A stretch of 29,169 bases of DNA from Nitrosopumilales archaeon (GCA_044507735.1 JBIQJB010000026.1:1-29169); one strand, 5' to 3'. Positions 1-8,451 are shown, counted from the stretch's first letter. Notes: generated from the sequence alone by a model not told the origin. Numbers and translations are program-made.

Positions 1-1422
1 GTATATGAAATAGGTGTTCTGAAGATACCACTCCCAGTAAGAATTCGAAGTGATATCTGCGTACTCGAATGGGTCGGTGCGGAGGTTGAAGAGCTTTGGG
101 ATACGAAGGGGGACAAAGGGTTCAGCCCATACCTCCAATGTCCCCTGGCTACGTTGTTCCATGAACACCATCTTCCAATTGTCGAAGCGTATGCCTAGCA
201 TATCCCCATCGTCGCTGAAATAGAAATAGATATTGCGGGGACTTTGTTCTACCTCGCCGGTCAAGTATGGCAGGAGGTTAAAACCGTCTATATGATTCTT
301 GTAGGTTCGCCCAATGGCCTTGTAACCTGTCTTCAATTGCTCCGCTACTTCTGTATCTCCTGCCATGGCGAGAAAAGTTGGCAACCAATCATGATGTTGA
401 ACGATGTCATTTGAAATCGAACCGGCCTTGATCTTGCCTGGCCAGCGCACTAGCAGCGGAACACGGAACGCTCCTTCCCAATTAGTATTCTTTTCGCTGC
501 GAAATGGGGTTGTAGCTCCATCAGGCCATGAATTGCGGTGAGGCCCGTTATCAGTGGAATACATGACGAATGTGTCTTCGGCAATTCCAAGCTCGTCAAG
601 CAGATCAAGCATTTCTCCAACATTCTTGTCGTGGTCAATCATCGTATCGTGATAGTGAGACTGCCAGCGGCCTGCCTGTCCCTTGCTTGAAGCTTTGGTA
701 TGCGTAAAAAGGTGCATGTGGGTCGTATTGAGCCATACGAAAAATGGTTTTCCCGCCTCGTGTTGTCGCTTTATGAAATCTTTGGCCGCCGAAACAAATT
801 CGTCATCACAGGTTTCCATCCGCTTCCTGTTCAGCGGTCCAGTATCCTCAATTTTTTGCCTACCAACTTTTCCCCACCTCCGCATTACCGTAGGATCATC
901 CTCATCTGCGGCCCAGGAATGGATAACGCCACGGGGGCCAAATGTTTCGTAGAATTGGGGAAATTCTTTTTTTGAGGGATAGTTGTCCCTTTCGGGTTCC
1001 TCTTCCGCGTTGAGGTGGTAAAGATTGCCAAAGAACTCGTCGAATCCATGGTTGGTCGGCAGCATTTGATTAAGATCGCCTAGATGGTTCTTGCCGAACT
1101 GCCCTGTAGCATATCCTTGTTCCTTGAGCAACGCAGCGATCGTCACGATCTTTTCGCTCATCCCAATCGGTGCTCCGGGCATGCCCACCTTGGACAGGCC
1201 GGTGCGGTAGACGCTCTGGCCCGTGATGAAGGCGGCGCGACCGGCTGTACAGGATTGTTCGCCATAAGCGTCTGTAAATATCATGCCTTCTTTAGCAATT
1301 CGATCGATGTTGGGCGTATGATAACCCATCAACCCATGTGAATAGCAGCTGAGGTTGGTTATTCCAATGTCATCGCCCCAGATCACAAGAATATTTGGCT
1401 GCTTTTGTTTTGATTTTGCCAT
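1..1422 (-). CDS. Arylsulfatase (formylglycine-dependent sulfatase), 3' end outside window
   Basis: Translated by hand from the ATG at 1422 and open to position 1: MAKSKQKQPNILVIWGDDIG...EQSCTAGRAAFITG (CxAxR sulfatase motif)...GYATGQFGKNHLG...HGFDEFFG...YSTDNG...EKNTNWEGAFRVP. Absent from the ORF track because there is no stop codon in the window. Confidence 0.93.
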   Translation of the reverse strand, partial: MAKSKQKQPNILVIWGDDIGITNLSCYSHGLMGYHTPNIDRIAKEGMIFTDAYGEQSCTAGRAAFITGQSVYRTGLSKVGMPGAPIGMSEKIVTIAALLKEQGYATGQFGKNHLGDLNQMLPTNHGFDEFFGNLYHLNAEEEPERDNYPSKKEFPQFYETFGPRGVIHSWAADEDDPTVMRRWGKVGRQKIEDTGPLNRKRMETCDDEFVSAAKDFIKRQHEAGKPFFVWLNTTHMHLFTHTKASSKGQAGRWQSHYHDTMIDHDKNVGEMLDLLDELGIAEDTFVMYSTDNGPHRNSWPDGATTPFRSEKNTNWEGAFRVPLLVRWPGKIKAGSISNDIVQHHDWLPTFLAMAGDTEVAEQLKTGYKAIGRTYKNHIDGFNLLPYLTGEVEQSPRNIYFYFSDDGDMLGIRFDNWKMVFMEQRSQGTLEVWAEPFVPLRIPKLFNLRTDPFEYADITSNSYWEWYLQNTYFIY

Positions 1423-1866
1423 ATCGTTTACCGTCGTTTGGAGCTGCTACATTACTTTTAACAGGTCACGAAGATGGTGTTTAAGAGGGATTATTGAACA
1501 AGAATGTGGGAAGATGACCTTGATTGCTGTAATTTGAACGGAAGAACATTCGAATCATCATTTGATCTCATCTGAGATGATGCTCAATAGCTGGAGCATG
1601 ATACCAGAATCTTTTCGTCAAATTTGCCATTTGTCTCTACAAGTTACCGTTACCCGAGCTTCAATTCTACTGATGGTACTGCTGAAAAATCGGGTGCTTT
1701 TCTAACATTGATGCACCCGGTGGTCAGGTGCTGCGTTAGGGTGAATAGTCTACAGCCCTTTCGCACGCTAGCACTGTGTCAAGTATTCCAGAAGATTCTT
1801 TCAGGGTGATACGCCCATTTGCTGGTTTTTCGCTCTTCTGTAGTGTACTTCCAACATGGAATTGGA

Positions 1867-1953
1867 AGGTGGGGAAGGGATTCGAACCCTTATAAATTCG
1901 CTAACCGCCGATGCGGACTGCAGGCGAACGCATGGCCGCTCTGCCACCCCACC
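1867..1953 (-). tRNA. tRNA-Cys(GCA) with 15-nt intron at position 37/38 (intron 1903-1917)
   Basis: The minus strand folds as acceptor GGTGGGG/CCCCACC, D-arm GCAG-AGCGGCC-ATGC, anticodon stem TTCGC/GCGAA with loop CT-GCA-G^A, and T-arm AAGGG-TTCGAAT-CCCTT. It has the U73 discriminator typical of Cys and is 72 nt after intron removal. CCA is not encoded. Confidence 0.95.
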
Positions 1954-1975
1954 ACACCTCTTAATTTTAGAAGTT

Positions 1976-2557
1976 CTAATTTAAAGCATTGGCATGCGCC
2001 CGGGCTGCAATCTTGGCTACCCTTATGGGCTCTGGCACCGACCCCTGCAGGGTAAATGAATTCAAGATTGCGATGGCTCTTCTCTGGTTTATCCCCCAGC
2101 AACGTATGAACAGGTTCTTGCCCGTTTTCAATGTCACCTTCTCCCGCTCTCCGAGTTTTTGGTATTGTTTGAGCTTGTCCTTCCAATCCTTGAAATGATG
2201 CATTATGCTTTTCTCAAGGCCCTTTGAATCCTCAAACGTAATGGCAAGGACTGGGAGCCCTGTTTCCCCTGCCACTCTCTCGCCATCAATGATATTGTAC
2301 ATACTGATCACAAGGCCGTCGAGCAATATGCAGTTGATATCGTCTCTTGCCAGGGACCTGTAAATTGAAATGATGCTATCAGTAGCGTCATCACCTTCTA
2401 TCGTTGCGCTGCCAAACGCCATGCCGTCTATCACCAAATCGCGCCGCATCACTATGCCAGCCAGAGTCGACTTTGTACCGGACTTCTTGAAACTTTCCGC
2501 AACTCCGAGTATTCTTATTCCCTTTTTCTCTGGATGGACTCGGCGCGCCGCCGGCAA
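1976..2557 (-). CDS. DUF99 family protein (endonuclease V-like fold)
   Basis: RILGVAESF, G.ATIEGDDATD, ILLDGLVISMYNIID and PEPIRVA motifs. Start moved to the TTG at 2557, just after the upstream stop at 2559-2561; the track's longer N-terminus overlaps the upstream gene. Confidence 0.85.
   Translation of the reverse strand: MPAARRVHPEKKGIRILGVAESFKKSGTKSTLAGIVMRRDLVIDGMAFGSATIEGDDATDSIISIYRSLARDDINCILLDGLVISMYNIIDGERVAGETGLPVLAITFEDSKGLEKSIMHHFKDWKDKLKQYQKLGEREKVTLKTGKNLFIRCWGINQRRAIAILNSFTLQGSVPEPIRVAKIAARAHANALN
1978..1985 (-). promoter_or_regulatory. Putative TATA box for tRNA-Cys
   Basis: TTTAAATT on the minus strand about 25 nt upstream of the tRNA 5' end, overlapping the last codons of the DUF99 gene. 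Confidence 0.55.
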
Positions 2558-2558
2558 A

Positions 2559-3491
2559 CTACTGTATCGACCCTTTTCCCACGATCCTGGTTCCCTGGCT
2601 GTCCGGCTTGAGCAAGACAATGGTCTGTCCAGGCGTGTACACAAGTGGCTTTTCAGGGGTGACCAGAAGGGTTGTCTCGCCTTCGAGCCTTATCTTGGCA
2701 GTCTTTACCTGCAAACCTGCAGAGATCATGTATGTATGGTTCTCTGGCAGGTCTCCCTTGAAGAAGGGGCTTTTTTCGAACCTGATGGAAATTGTGCCTG
2801 ACGAGACGTTCACTGCGTCTGCCGCGCATATTACATCGCCTCTGGAAATGTCGTCGACCCCTGGACCCTTGATCGCAAGCCCGACTCTTGCAGGGCTTGA
2901 AGAGCTTTCTACGGGATCGTCGTGCATCTGTATCGACTTTACAAGCACGTTCTTTCTGCTAGGCAAGAGCACGAGCTCGTCGTACACTTTGACGCTGCCC
3001 TGCTTGATCACTCCAAGTGCGACGGTGCCCACGCCCTTTACGTCAAACGCATGATCAACAGGTATCGCAAGAGGTCCGTCAGCTCCCTTGGGCTTGAGCT
3101 TGCCAATTTCCTGCTTTAGCTGGTCGGCAGAATCAACAAACTGGTAATTGGCCAGAGATGTTCCCTTGAGCAGTGTCCTCAGCCTTTCTCTGTCGACTTC
3201 GTACGAATGCATCACGAATCCGTCCGATGGCCCTACAGAGTCAAGCGCCATCACCTGCTCACCCAGGAACTTGTCAAGCTTGGTGACGTTTAGGATCGCA
3301 TATTCTGCCATGTTGACCGCCTGCAGAAGTGACTGTATCTTGTCCGGAAACGTGACAGGTGCTGTCCAAGTGTAGACTGTGTCTGGAGTCTTGCGATCAT
3401 AGATTACAATGTCAGTCGCAGTTCCCTTCTTCCCAAGCTGTGAAGCGACGCTTGCGTCGCCGAGAACTACGAAATTGATGCTGTTCAACAA
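2559..3491 (-). CDS. SelB/EF-Tu-like translation factor with reduced G domain (aSelBL family)
   Basis: Degenerate P-loop LGKKGT and PDKIQSLLQA; EF-Tu/SelB domain II motifs VDHAFDVKGVGTVALG, VKSIQMHD, RVGLAIKG and RGDV; domain III at the C-terminus. 310 aa with no SelB domain IV. Confidence 0.88.
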   Translation of the reverse strand: MLNSINFVVLGDASVASQLGKKGTATDIVIYDRKTPDTVYTWTAPVTFPDKIQSLLQAVNMAEYAILNVTKLDKFLGEQVMALDSVGPSDGFVMHSYEVDRERLRTLLKGTSLANYQFVDSADQLKQEIGKLKPKGADGPLAIPVDHAFDVKGVGTVALGVIKQGSVKVYDELVLLPSRKNVLVKSIQMHDDPVESSSSPARVGLAIKGPGVDDISRGDVICAADAVNVSSGTISIRFEKSPFFKGDLPENHTYMISAGLQVKTAKIRLEGETTLLVTPEKPLVYTPGQTIVLLKPDSQGTRIVGKGSIQ

Positions 3492-3591
3492 TATGCATTA
3501 TTAGTGGCGCAGTACCGATAAAATCGTTTGTATAGAACAATGTTATGCAAAATCACTGCTTGCAATTTTTATAATGGTTGGTCTCTAATAT

Positions 3592-3858
3592 ATGAAGATG
3601 AAGTACAGAAGCAGAACTGACATTGTTTCGCAGATTCTTGAGGCTGCGAATGGTGGCGCTACAAAGACAAAGATCATGTACAAGGCTTACCTATCATACG
3701 CTCAGCTAAAGGAGTATCTCTTGGTGCTTGTGGAAAACGGGCTGCTTGAATTCGAGAAGGGAACCCAGACATACAAGACGACGTCAAAGGGACACCAGTT
3801 CCTAAAGACCTATAGTCAGATCGGCGGCCTTATCATCCCTGACACTGCTGAAAAATAG
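3592..3858 (+). CDS. Winged helix-turn-helix transcriptional regulator (HTH_45-type)
   Basis: YRSRTDIVSQIL...ATKTKIMYKAYLSYAQLKEYL..L...GLL...YKTTSKG pattern; TTTATAAT at 3568-3575. Confidence 0.88.
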   Translation: MKMKYRSRTDIVSQILEAANGGATKTKIMYKAYLSYAQLKEYLLVLVENGLLEFEKGTQTYKTTSKGHQFLKTYSQIGGLIIPDTAEK

Positions 3859-3869
3859 TGCGCTAGTGG

Positions 3870-4181
3870 CTATTGTTTCTTGGTAACCGTTGTCGCCTTC
3901 TCGCCAAGGTCGTCTAGCGTGAAGACGAAGCGAGAGCCCTCATAATCCTGAGTTCCGACTCTCTCCCAATTGATCCTATATTCGCGTGTGAGCTGCTTGC
4001 CTACTATCTTGATCTTCTTTGGCAGCTCTGACCACAGTTTCTCGACTTTTTCGGGGTTCTTTGTCATCAAGAGAGATCTACGCCTCTTCATCAGGTACTT
4101 CACAGCAACGTTTCTGTGCACTTGGCCTTCTACTGGTATCTGCTCTTTCCCTGTGTCTATTGTGAACTGACGCTTAGCCAA
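3870..4181 (-). CDS. Hypothetical basic protein downstream of nirK
   Basis: 103-aa ORF with TTG start that fills the gap and has a protein-like Lys/Arg-rich composition. No recognised motif. Confidence 0.75.
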   Translation of the reverse strand: MAKRQFTIDTGKEQIPVEGQVHRNVAVKYLMKRRRSLLMTKNPEKVEKLWSELPKKIKIVGKQLTREYRINWERVGTQDYEGSRFVFTLDDLGEKATTVTKKQ

Positions 4182-4228
4182 TGCAATTATTGCAAAATAA
4201 TGTATAGAAAAGCTTTTTGGTAGTGCAA

Positions 4229-4250
4229 GGAAAAAAGGAAAAGAAAAGGA
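4229..4250 (-). terminator. Oligo-T archaeal terminator candidate after nirK
   Basis: The minus strand reads as runs of T4, T4 and T6 separated by C, starting a few nt after the nirK stop. Confidence 0.6.
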
Positions 4251-4254
4251 GGAG

Positions 4255-5331
4255 CTAGTGCTCCGCCATCATGGTTTCTTCCATGGACATTACGTACGTT
4301 CCTTCAGGGTGGTCGTTGTCGGTTGCATCGTTGGTTGCGAGAACAGCGAATGCTCCACCCTTCAGTACATGTGCCATGTTGTGGTCGACACCGACATAGA
4401 CGCCTTCTTCTGGGAACACGGCCTCTATGACACTGCCGGAGCCTACTGGAATCCACCATGTTTCTTCATTCATTACCACTGTGCCGTACCTGTTCTTTAT
4501 TGAGCCGTCCTTGACATCCAACTGTCCGGAAATGAAGTGGAACGAGACTCCTTCGTTTGGTCCTGGTGCCAGAATGTACCATCTTGTTAGCTCACCTGGC
4601 TTGACCTTGAACAGCTCCGCATCTGGGTTCAGCACAACCTTGGCCTGTTCTCCTATCGATGGCACGTACTTGTGAGCCATACCATTGGTCAGAATAAGGT
4701 CTGGGCTTTCTGCAAGCAACTTGTTGACATCGAATGAACCGACTGTGCCGTTTGTGCCTTGGTATATTCCCTTGTCAGCGTTGTTATAGATTTCACCAAA
4801 GGCTATATAGAATTCCTTTGCTGGCTTTTCGTTGTGTGGGTGCACTACAAGTCCGCCATACATGCCATTGGCAATGTGTTCCCATACGCCGAGCAGACCA
4901 TCAGCACCACAGTGGTACATGAAGAATCCTGCATTAGGAACTTGGAACGTCCAAGTCTTGCTTTCACCAGCTGCAACATTGCCTGATAACACTTGACTCG
5001 GGCCAATTGCTGCATGGAAATCGACACTGTGAATCACTTGGCCTTGATTTATCAAAGTCATTTCTACTGTGTCTCCTTGATGCACCGAAATTACAGGACC
5101 TGGTATTGTACCATTGAAGACCATTGCCCTATATGTAATTCCACCTGGATGTAGCGCATTGCTTGGTGCTACCTGAACATCCATCTCATCTGCAATCAAG
5201 GTGACATGCTTTGTTTTGCCAGTACCTTGGGCCTGTGCTGTGGACAGTGGAAATCCTGTGAACAATGGACTAAAAATAAGTCCCACTACCAGAACACCGG
5301 CAGCCAAGCCTGCAACGATTGCCTTGTTCAT
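4255..5331 (-). CDS. nirK: Copper-containing nitrite reductase, AOA type
   Basis: N-terminal signal/TM segment; FNGTIPGP; HSVDFH (T1 His, catalytic Asp, T2 His); YHCG...EHIANGM (T2 His, T1 Cys/His/Met); second-domain SFHFISG and GVDHNMAH. Confidence 0.9.
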   Translation of the reverse strand: MNKAIVAGLAAGVLVVGLIFSPLFTGFPLSTAQAQGTGKTKHVTLIADEMDVQVAPSNALHPGGITYRAMVFNGTIPGPVISVHQGDTVEMTLINQGQVIHSVDFHAAIGPSQVLSGNVAAGESKTWTFQVPNAGFFMYHCGADGLLGVWEHIANGMYGGLVVHPHNEKPAKEFYIAFGEIYNNADKGIYQGTNGTVGSFDVNKLLAESPDLILTNGMAHKYVPSIGEQAKVVLNPDAELFKVKPGELTRWYILAPGPNEGVSFHFISGQLDVKDGSIKNRYGTVVMNEETWWIPVGSGSVIEAVFPEEGVYVGVDHNMAHVLKGGAFAVLATNDATDNDHPEGTYVMSMEETMMAEH

Positions 5332-5498
5332 TAGCTTTAGGCATACAGACGTGAGATATATAAGACTTATTACACATATAGTTACAGATTATTTTTTTGG
5401 GCTCTTTGAATGAGCATGATTTTGAAAAGTGATTCAGTGTTTATTGATATCGATATTTTTTGGTCGCAATATCTTTAACGGGGTGGGTCGAACTAGGA

Positions 5499-5726
5499 TT
5501 GTTGCCGTTTTTGAACACTAGGGGAAAGCCACGCTCTGCGCGCCGTGCGAGAAAGCCGCTACAGGACAACTGGCAAAAGGTACCTCGGGGGAAGTGGCTA
5601 AAATGCACATATCACAAGTGCGGCAACGAGTGGATGTACTTTGGTGGACGCAACTGGGCTGAATGCCCTGCATGCCACACGACAATCAAGGTGGCAGTCG
5701 CGCAGAGAAACTATCGGACCCGGTAG
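5499..5726 (+). CDS. Small basic C4 zinc-ribbon protein
   Basis: KCTYHKCGNEW.Y.G...AECPACH. The likely start is the TTG at 5499 or 5502, about 24 nt after TTTAAC near 5474; the track start is 5460. Confidence 0.7.
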   Translation: MLPFLNTRGKPRSARRARKPLQDNWQKVPRGKWLKCTYHKCGNEWMYFGGRNWAECPACHTTIKVAVAQRNYRTR

Positions 5727-5966
5727 CTAACTGCTGACAAAGAATGAATTTTCATCAAGCGCAATGGAAAGATCAACTGCATTACGGTTTTTGTCGTGGA
5801 CGACCAAGAGCCCTTTTTCGATCTGGTACTTTTTCGTAAGCGTCTGCAGATGAAAGTTGAGCGTGTAAAGATCTGTAAATGATTCTGACTCTAGCAGTAC
5901 AAGGTTATCTGTGTAAAGGCTTAGCTTAAAGTGGTCAGATGACTTTTCAATTAGCGCTACATTCAC
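5727..5966 (-). CDS. Hypothetical protein (79 aa)
   Basis: GTG start 5 nt after the upstream stop on the same strand; abuts the convergent Zn-ribbon gene. Confidence 0.65.
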   Translation of the reverse strand: MNVALIEKSSDHFKLSLYTDNLVLLESESFTDLYTLNFHLQTLTKKYQIEKGLLVVHDKNRNAVDLSIALDENSFFVSS

Positions 5967-5971
5967 GGGAA

Positions 5972-7051
5972 TCAGAGAGTATCGTGGGAGATTTTAAATG
6001 CTGCCTTATTGATTCTCGCCAGAATTACTATCCCACCAGTAACTGCCGCCAATGCAAGTATCGCAAATGGGAATTCCGGTACATTCCTGACGCCCTGTAT
6101 CTGCACATGGTGTTCACCCTTTGGCACGAAGAATTCAATTGAAAGCGTCTTGCCATCGCGGCTAATTTTGGCCTCGTGCAGGTTCCCGTCCAACATCACC
6201 GCTATTGTCTGATTCTCTGAAAGCTGGGGTATTTGCATGCTCAAGGGTGTCCCGTCAGGCGGATATGGTCGGACTCCAAAGGTTATGCTGTCTGTTGTGT
6301 CATTGTATCTCATGCTACTAATCTGCGCCGCAGCAATGAGACTATACGAGACAAAGGTGCCTCCACTGCCTCTTAGAGTTGTTATGGGGTTGTCATAGTC
6401 CAGACCGGCACAGCTATAGTAGAACATATCAGACCTTATTGCAGGGTCTGGTAGGGCCTTAAACTCTACCTCTTCTCCGGCTTTGATTACTTGTATGACG
6501 TTGCTTCGGACACTATCGAGCTGCAATTTGTGATCAGGACTATGGATTCCGGCAAACACACTTACGTTGTATACATCAAACGGGCCAGTGTTCTTTATGG
6601 TCCCTACAAACGCCCTTTCTTCTCCTACTGCCATACTGCTGTAGTTCAACACAAGCATTGCGTTATAGTTTGGAGTATCCTCCACTTCTCTAACTTCTTT
6701 TATGAAAGGCTCTCCCGCTCCAACTCCATTTTCAAGCACAATCTTGAAAGGTGCATCGGTAAGTGGCCAAATCGTCCTGCCATAAGTTGGCGCCTCCTGA
6801 ATCTTACCCTCTGTTGTTTGCACACCGACGATAACCTGCACTGGCAGTTCCCCAAAGTTTCTTACTGTGCCAACAATTGTCTGCCTGCCCTCAGAATCGA
6901 CAAAGGATGACTTTAGAATTATCTCCGGACCGTCAAAGGCGTAGACGATGTTAGACAATGAGGGTAATGATGCAAGGATAACAAGTGGAAGTGCGTATAG
7001 ACCCAATATCTGCCGCATGCGGACTGTAATGTCTATTGTGCGGAATGGCAA
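5972..7051 (-). CDS. Exported Ig-like protein with PEF(G)-CTERM-type sorting signal
   Basis: N-terminal hydrophobic signal (the start may be the later MRQILG); two G-T-[VI]-[RK]-N beta-sandwich repeats; C-terminal VPEFP, TM helix and basic residues. Confidence 0.8.
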   Translation of the reverse strand: MPFRTIDITVRMRQILGLYALPLVILASLPSLSNIVYAFDGPEIILKSSFVDSEGRQTIVGTVRNFGELPVQVIVGVQTTEGKIQEAPTYGRTIWPLTDAPFKIVLENGVGAGEPFIKEVREVEDTPNYNAMLVLNYSSMAVGEERAFVGTIKNTGPFDVYNVSVFAGIHSPDHKLQLDSVRSNVIQVIKAGEEVEFKALPDPAIRSDMFYYSCAGLDYDNPITTLRGSGGTFVSYSLIAAAQISSMRYNDTTDSITFGVRPYPPDGTPLSMQIPQLSENQTIAVMLDGNLHEAKISRDGKTLSIEFFVPKGEHHVQIQGVRNVPEFPFAILALAAVTGGIVILARINKAAFKISHDTL

Positions 7052-7057
7052 TTTAAG

Positions 7058-7225
7058 TTAGCCGCCCGCGACTTCCCCGCTGAACCTGAGGCTATCTTGG
7101 TAAACATCGATCAGCTCGTTGATGACGTCATCATGGTTGATGTCCCGCTTTTTTGAATGCATCATGTCGTTCATTATAGAAGCCAGTCGGCGATAGGTTT
7201 GATCATCAATGTTCAGCGTTTTCAT
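7058..7225 (-). CDS. 55-aa ribbon-helix-helix / VapB-antitoxin-like protein
   Basis: Below the track cutoff and translated by hand: MKTLNIDDQTYRRLASIMNDMMHSKKRDINHDDVINELIDVYQDSLRFSGEVAGG. It fills the gap between ZIP and the next gene, ending 6 nt before the next start. Confidence 0.7.
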   Translation of the reverse strand: MKTLNIDDQTYRRLASIMNDMMHSKKRDINHDDVINELIDVYQDSLRFSGEVAGG

Positions 7226-7266
7226 TGCCTTGCATGCAATACCTGTGGTATATTATTTTTAATTCT

Positions 7267-8451
7267 TCAAATAAGTAACGTGGTCAGATACATTATCAGC
7301 ATTCCGGCCGCAAGGCCGCCGACTATAGACCCATTGAGGAACTTGCCTCCGCTAGTCCGCCCAACAAGCCTCATTATTACTACGACTACCTGAAATACAG
7401 CTCCCGCTCCTACCGCAAGAAAGACTATTGATGCAGTTGGAGAAGCCACAAACCCGCCTATCCAAGTTCCTATGATTGCTGGTGCACCAGCAATCATGCC
7501 AAGAGCGATCAAGTACAAAATTCTTGGTTTTTCCTTTGCAATCGGTGCTACTATTGCGATCCCTTCTGTGGTATTGTGAAGCGTAAAGCCTACAATCAGA
7601 AATGTGCCAAGTGCGACTTCTCCAAGCACCATCGCTCCACCTATTGCGAGTCCTTCTCCCAGGTTGTGCAGACCAATTCCTATCGCGACCATAAAAGCTA
7701 TCGCAAAAGACCCTTTGATCATTCGCTGGTCTTTTGTGTTATCCACCAGCTTGTCAGAAACATACATCAGCGCGAGGAATGACACTATTGCCGCAGTTGC
7801 AATCAACAGCTGACCGCGGAATGAGCCAGCTACATTTTCAAGCGCTATCTCGTTTGATTCCACGAGGGCATCAATGCCAAGGAATACCAGGAGACCTACA
7901 GTGAGGCTGAGGAAAAAGCTGTACTTTGGTTGAGATAGCTTCTTGATGAATGGATACCATAAGAGTCCTATCAGTACGGGTATGATTCCTACATAGGTTC
8001 CGAGGAGGGCAAAGAGAGAGATTCTGCCTACGTCGGGCTGTGGTGTTGGCGCAGCAGCAGCCACTGCTTTTGCAAATCTTGTGCCATCTGACGTAGTTAC
8101 CCCTATTTCATAGGGCTGCCCTTCTATCCATTGGAAGGGGATAACGACCCTTGCTTCTTCAAACCTCTGAAGCGATTTTGAGGGCTCAATCGCGGCTGGA
8201 ATTATCCTGTCGTTAATGTCTGCCTGCGCCACCTCTATAGGCTGGGGGCCGGTGTTCCTAATATGTGCGACCACAACACCGTCCAGAAATTCGATCCTTT
8301 CAATCGTTACATCTGGCAGAGGTACGCCGACAAAGAGCAAGTTGCTACCTGGCCATAGAAGGAATGCCACCATGGCACCAAGCACTATGATTGGTGTAAC
8401 CGCACTTGCAACCATCTTGGCAGAACGCTTTTCCTTTACTGGTTCTTCCAT
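7267..8451 (-). CDS. ZIP family divalent metal transporter with N-terminal extracytoplasmic domain
   Basis: ZIP signatures GLHNLGEGLAIG and LHNTTEGIAI; multiple TM helices. Start moved to the ATG at 8451 (MEEPVKEK), 10 nt after the MCO stop. Confidence 0.9.
   Translation of the reverse strand: MEEPVKEKRSAKMVASAVTPIIVLGAMVAFLLWPGSNLLFVGVPLPDVTIERIEFLDGVVVAHIRNTGPQPIEVAQADINDRIIPAAIEPSKSLQRFEEARVVIPFQWIEGQPYEIGVTTSDGTRFAKAVAAAAPTPQPDVGRISLFALLGTYVGIIPVLIGLLWYPFIKKLSQPKYSFFLSLTVGLLVFLGIDALVESNEIALENVAGSFRGQLLIATAAIVSFLALMYVSDKLVDNTKDQRMIKGSFAIAFMVAIGIGLHNLGEGLAIGGAMVLGEVALGTFLIVGFTLHNTTEGIAIVAPIAKEKPRILYLIALGMIAGAPAIIGTWIGGFVASPTASIVFLAVGAGAVFQVVVVIMRLVGRTSGGKFLNGSIVGGLAAGMLIMYLTTLLI

Noticed and set aside
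450-1537. Track ORFs over the sulfatase, and similar antisense or alternate-frame ORFs elsewhere (e.g. 2370-3375, 16626-17123, 23905-24573, 25233-25700, 27994-28491)
   Set aside because: Shadow ORFs of well-supported genes, with no recognisable motifs.
1738-1759. GAA-containing stem near the SelB-like gene as an archaeal SECIS, implying a selenocysteine system
   Set aside because: It lacks the GC-rich apical stem and does not follow a plus-strand CDS. No in-frame UGA selenoprotein, tRNA-Sec or SelD is visible, and the factor lacks SelB domain IV.
7058-7225. Toxin-antitoxin pair
   Set aside because: The neighbours are a ZIP transporter and an exported protein; no PIN or RelE toxin is adjacent.
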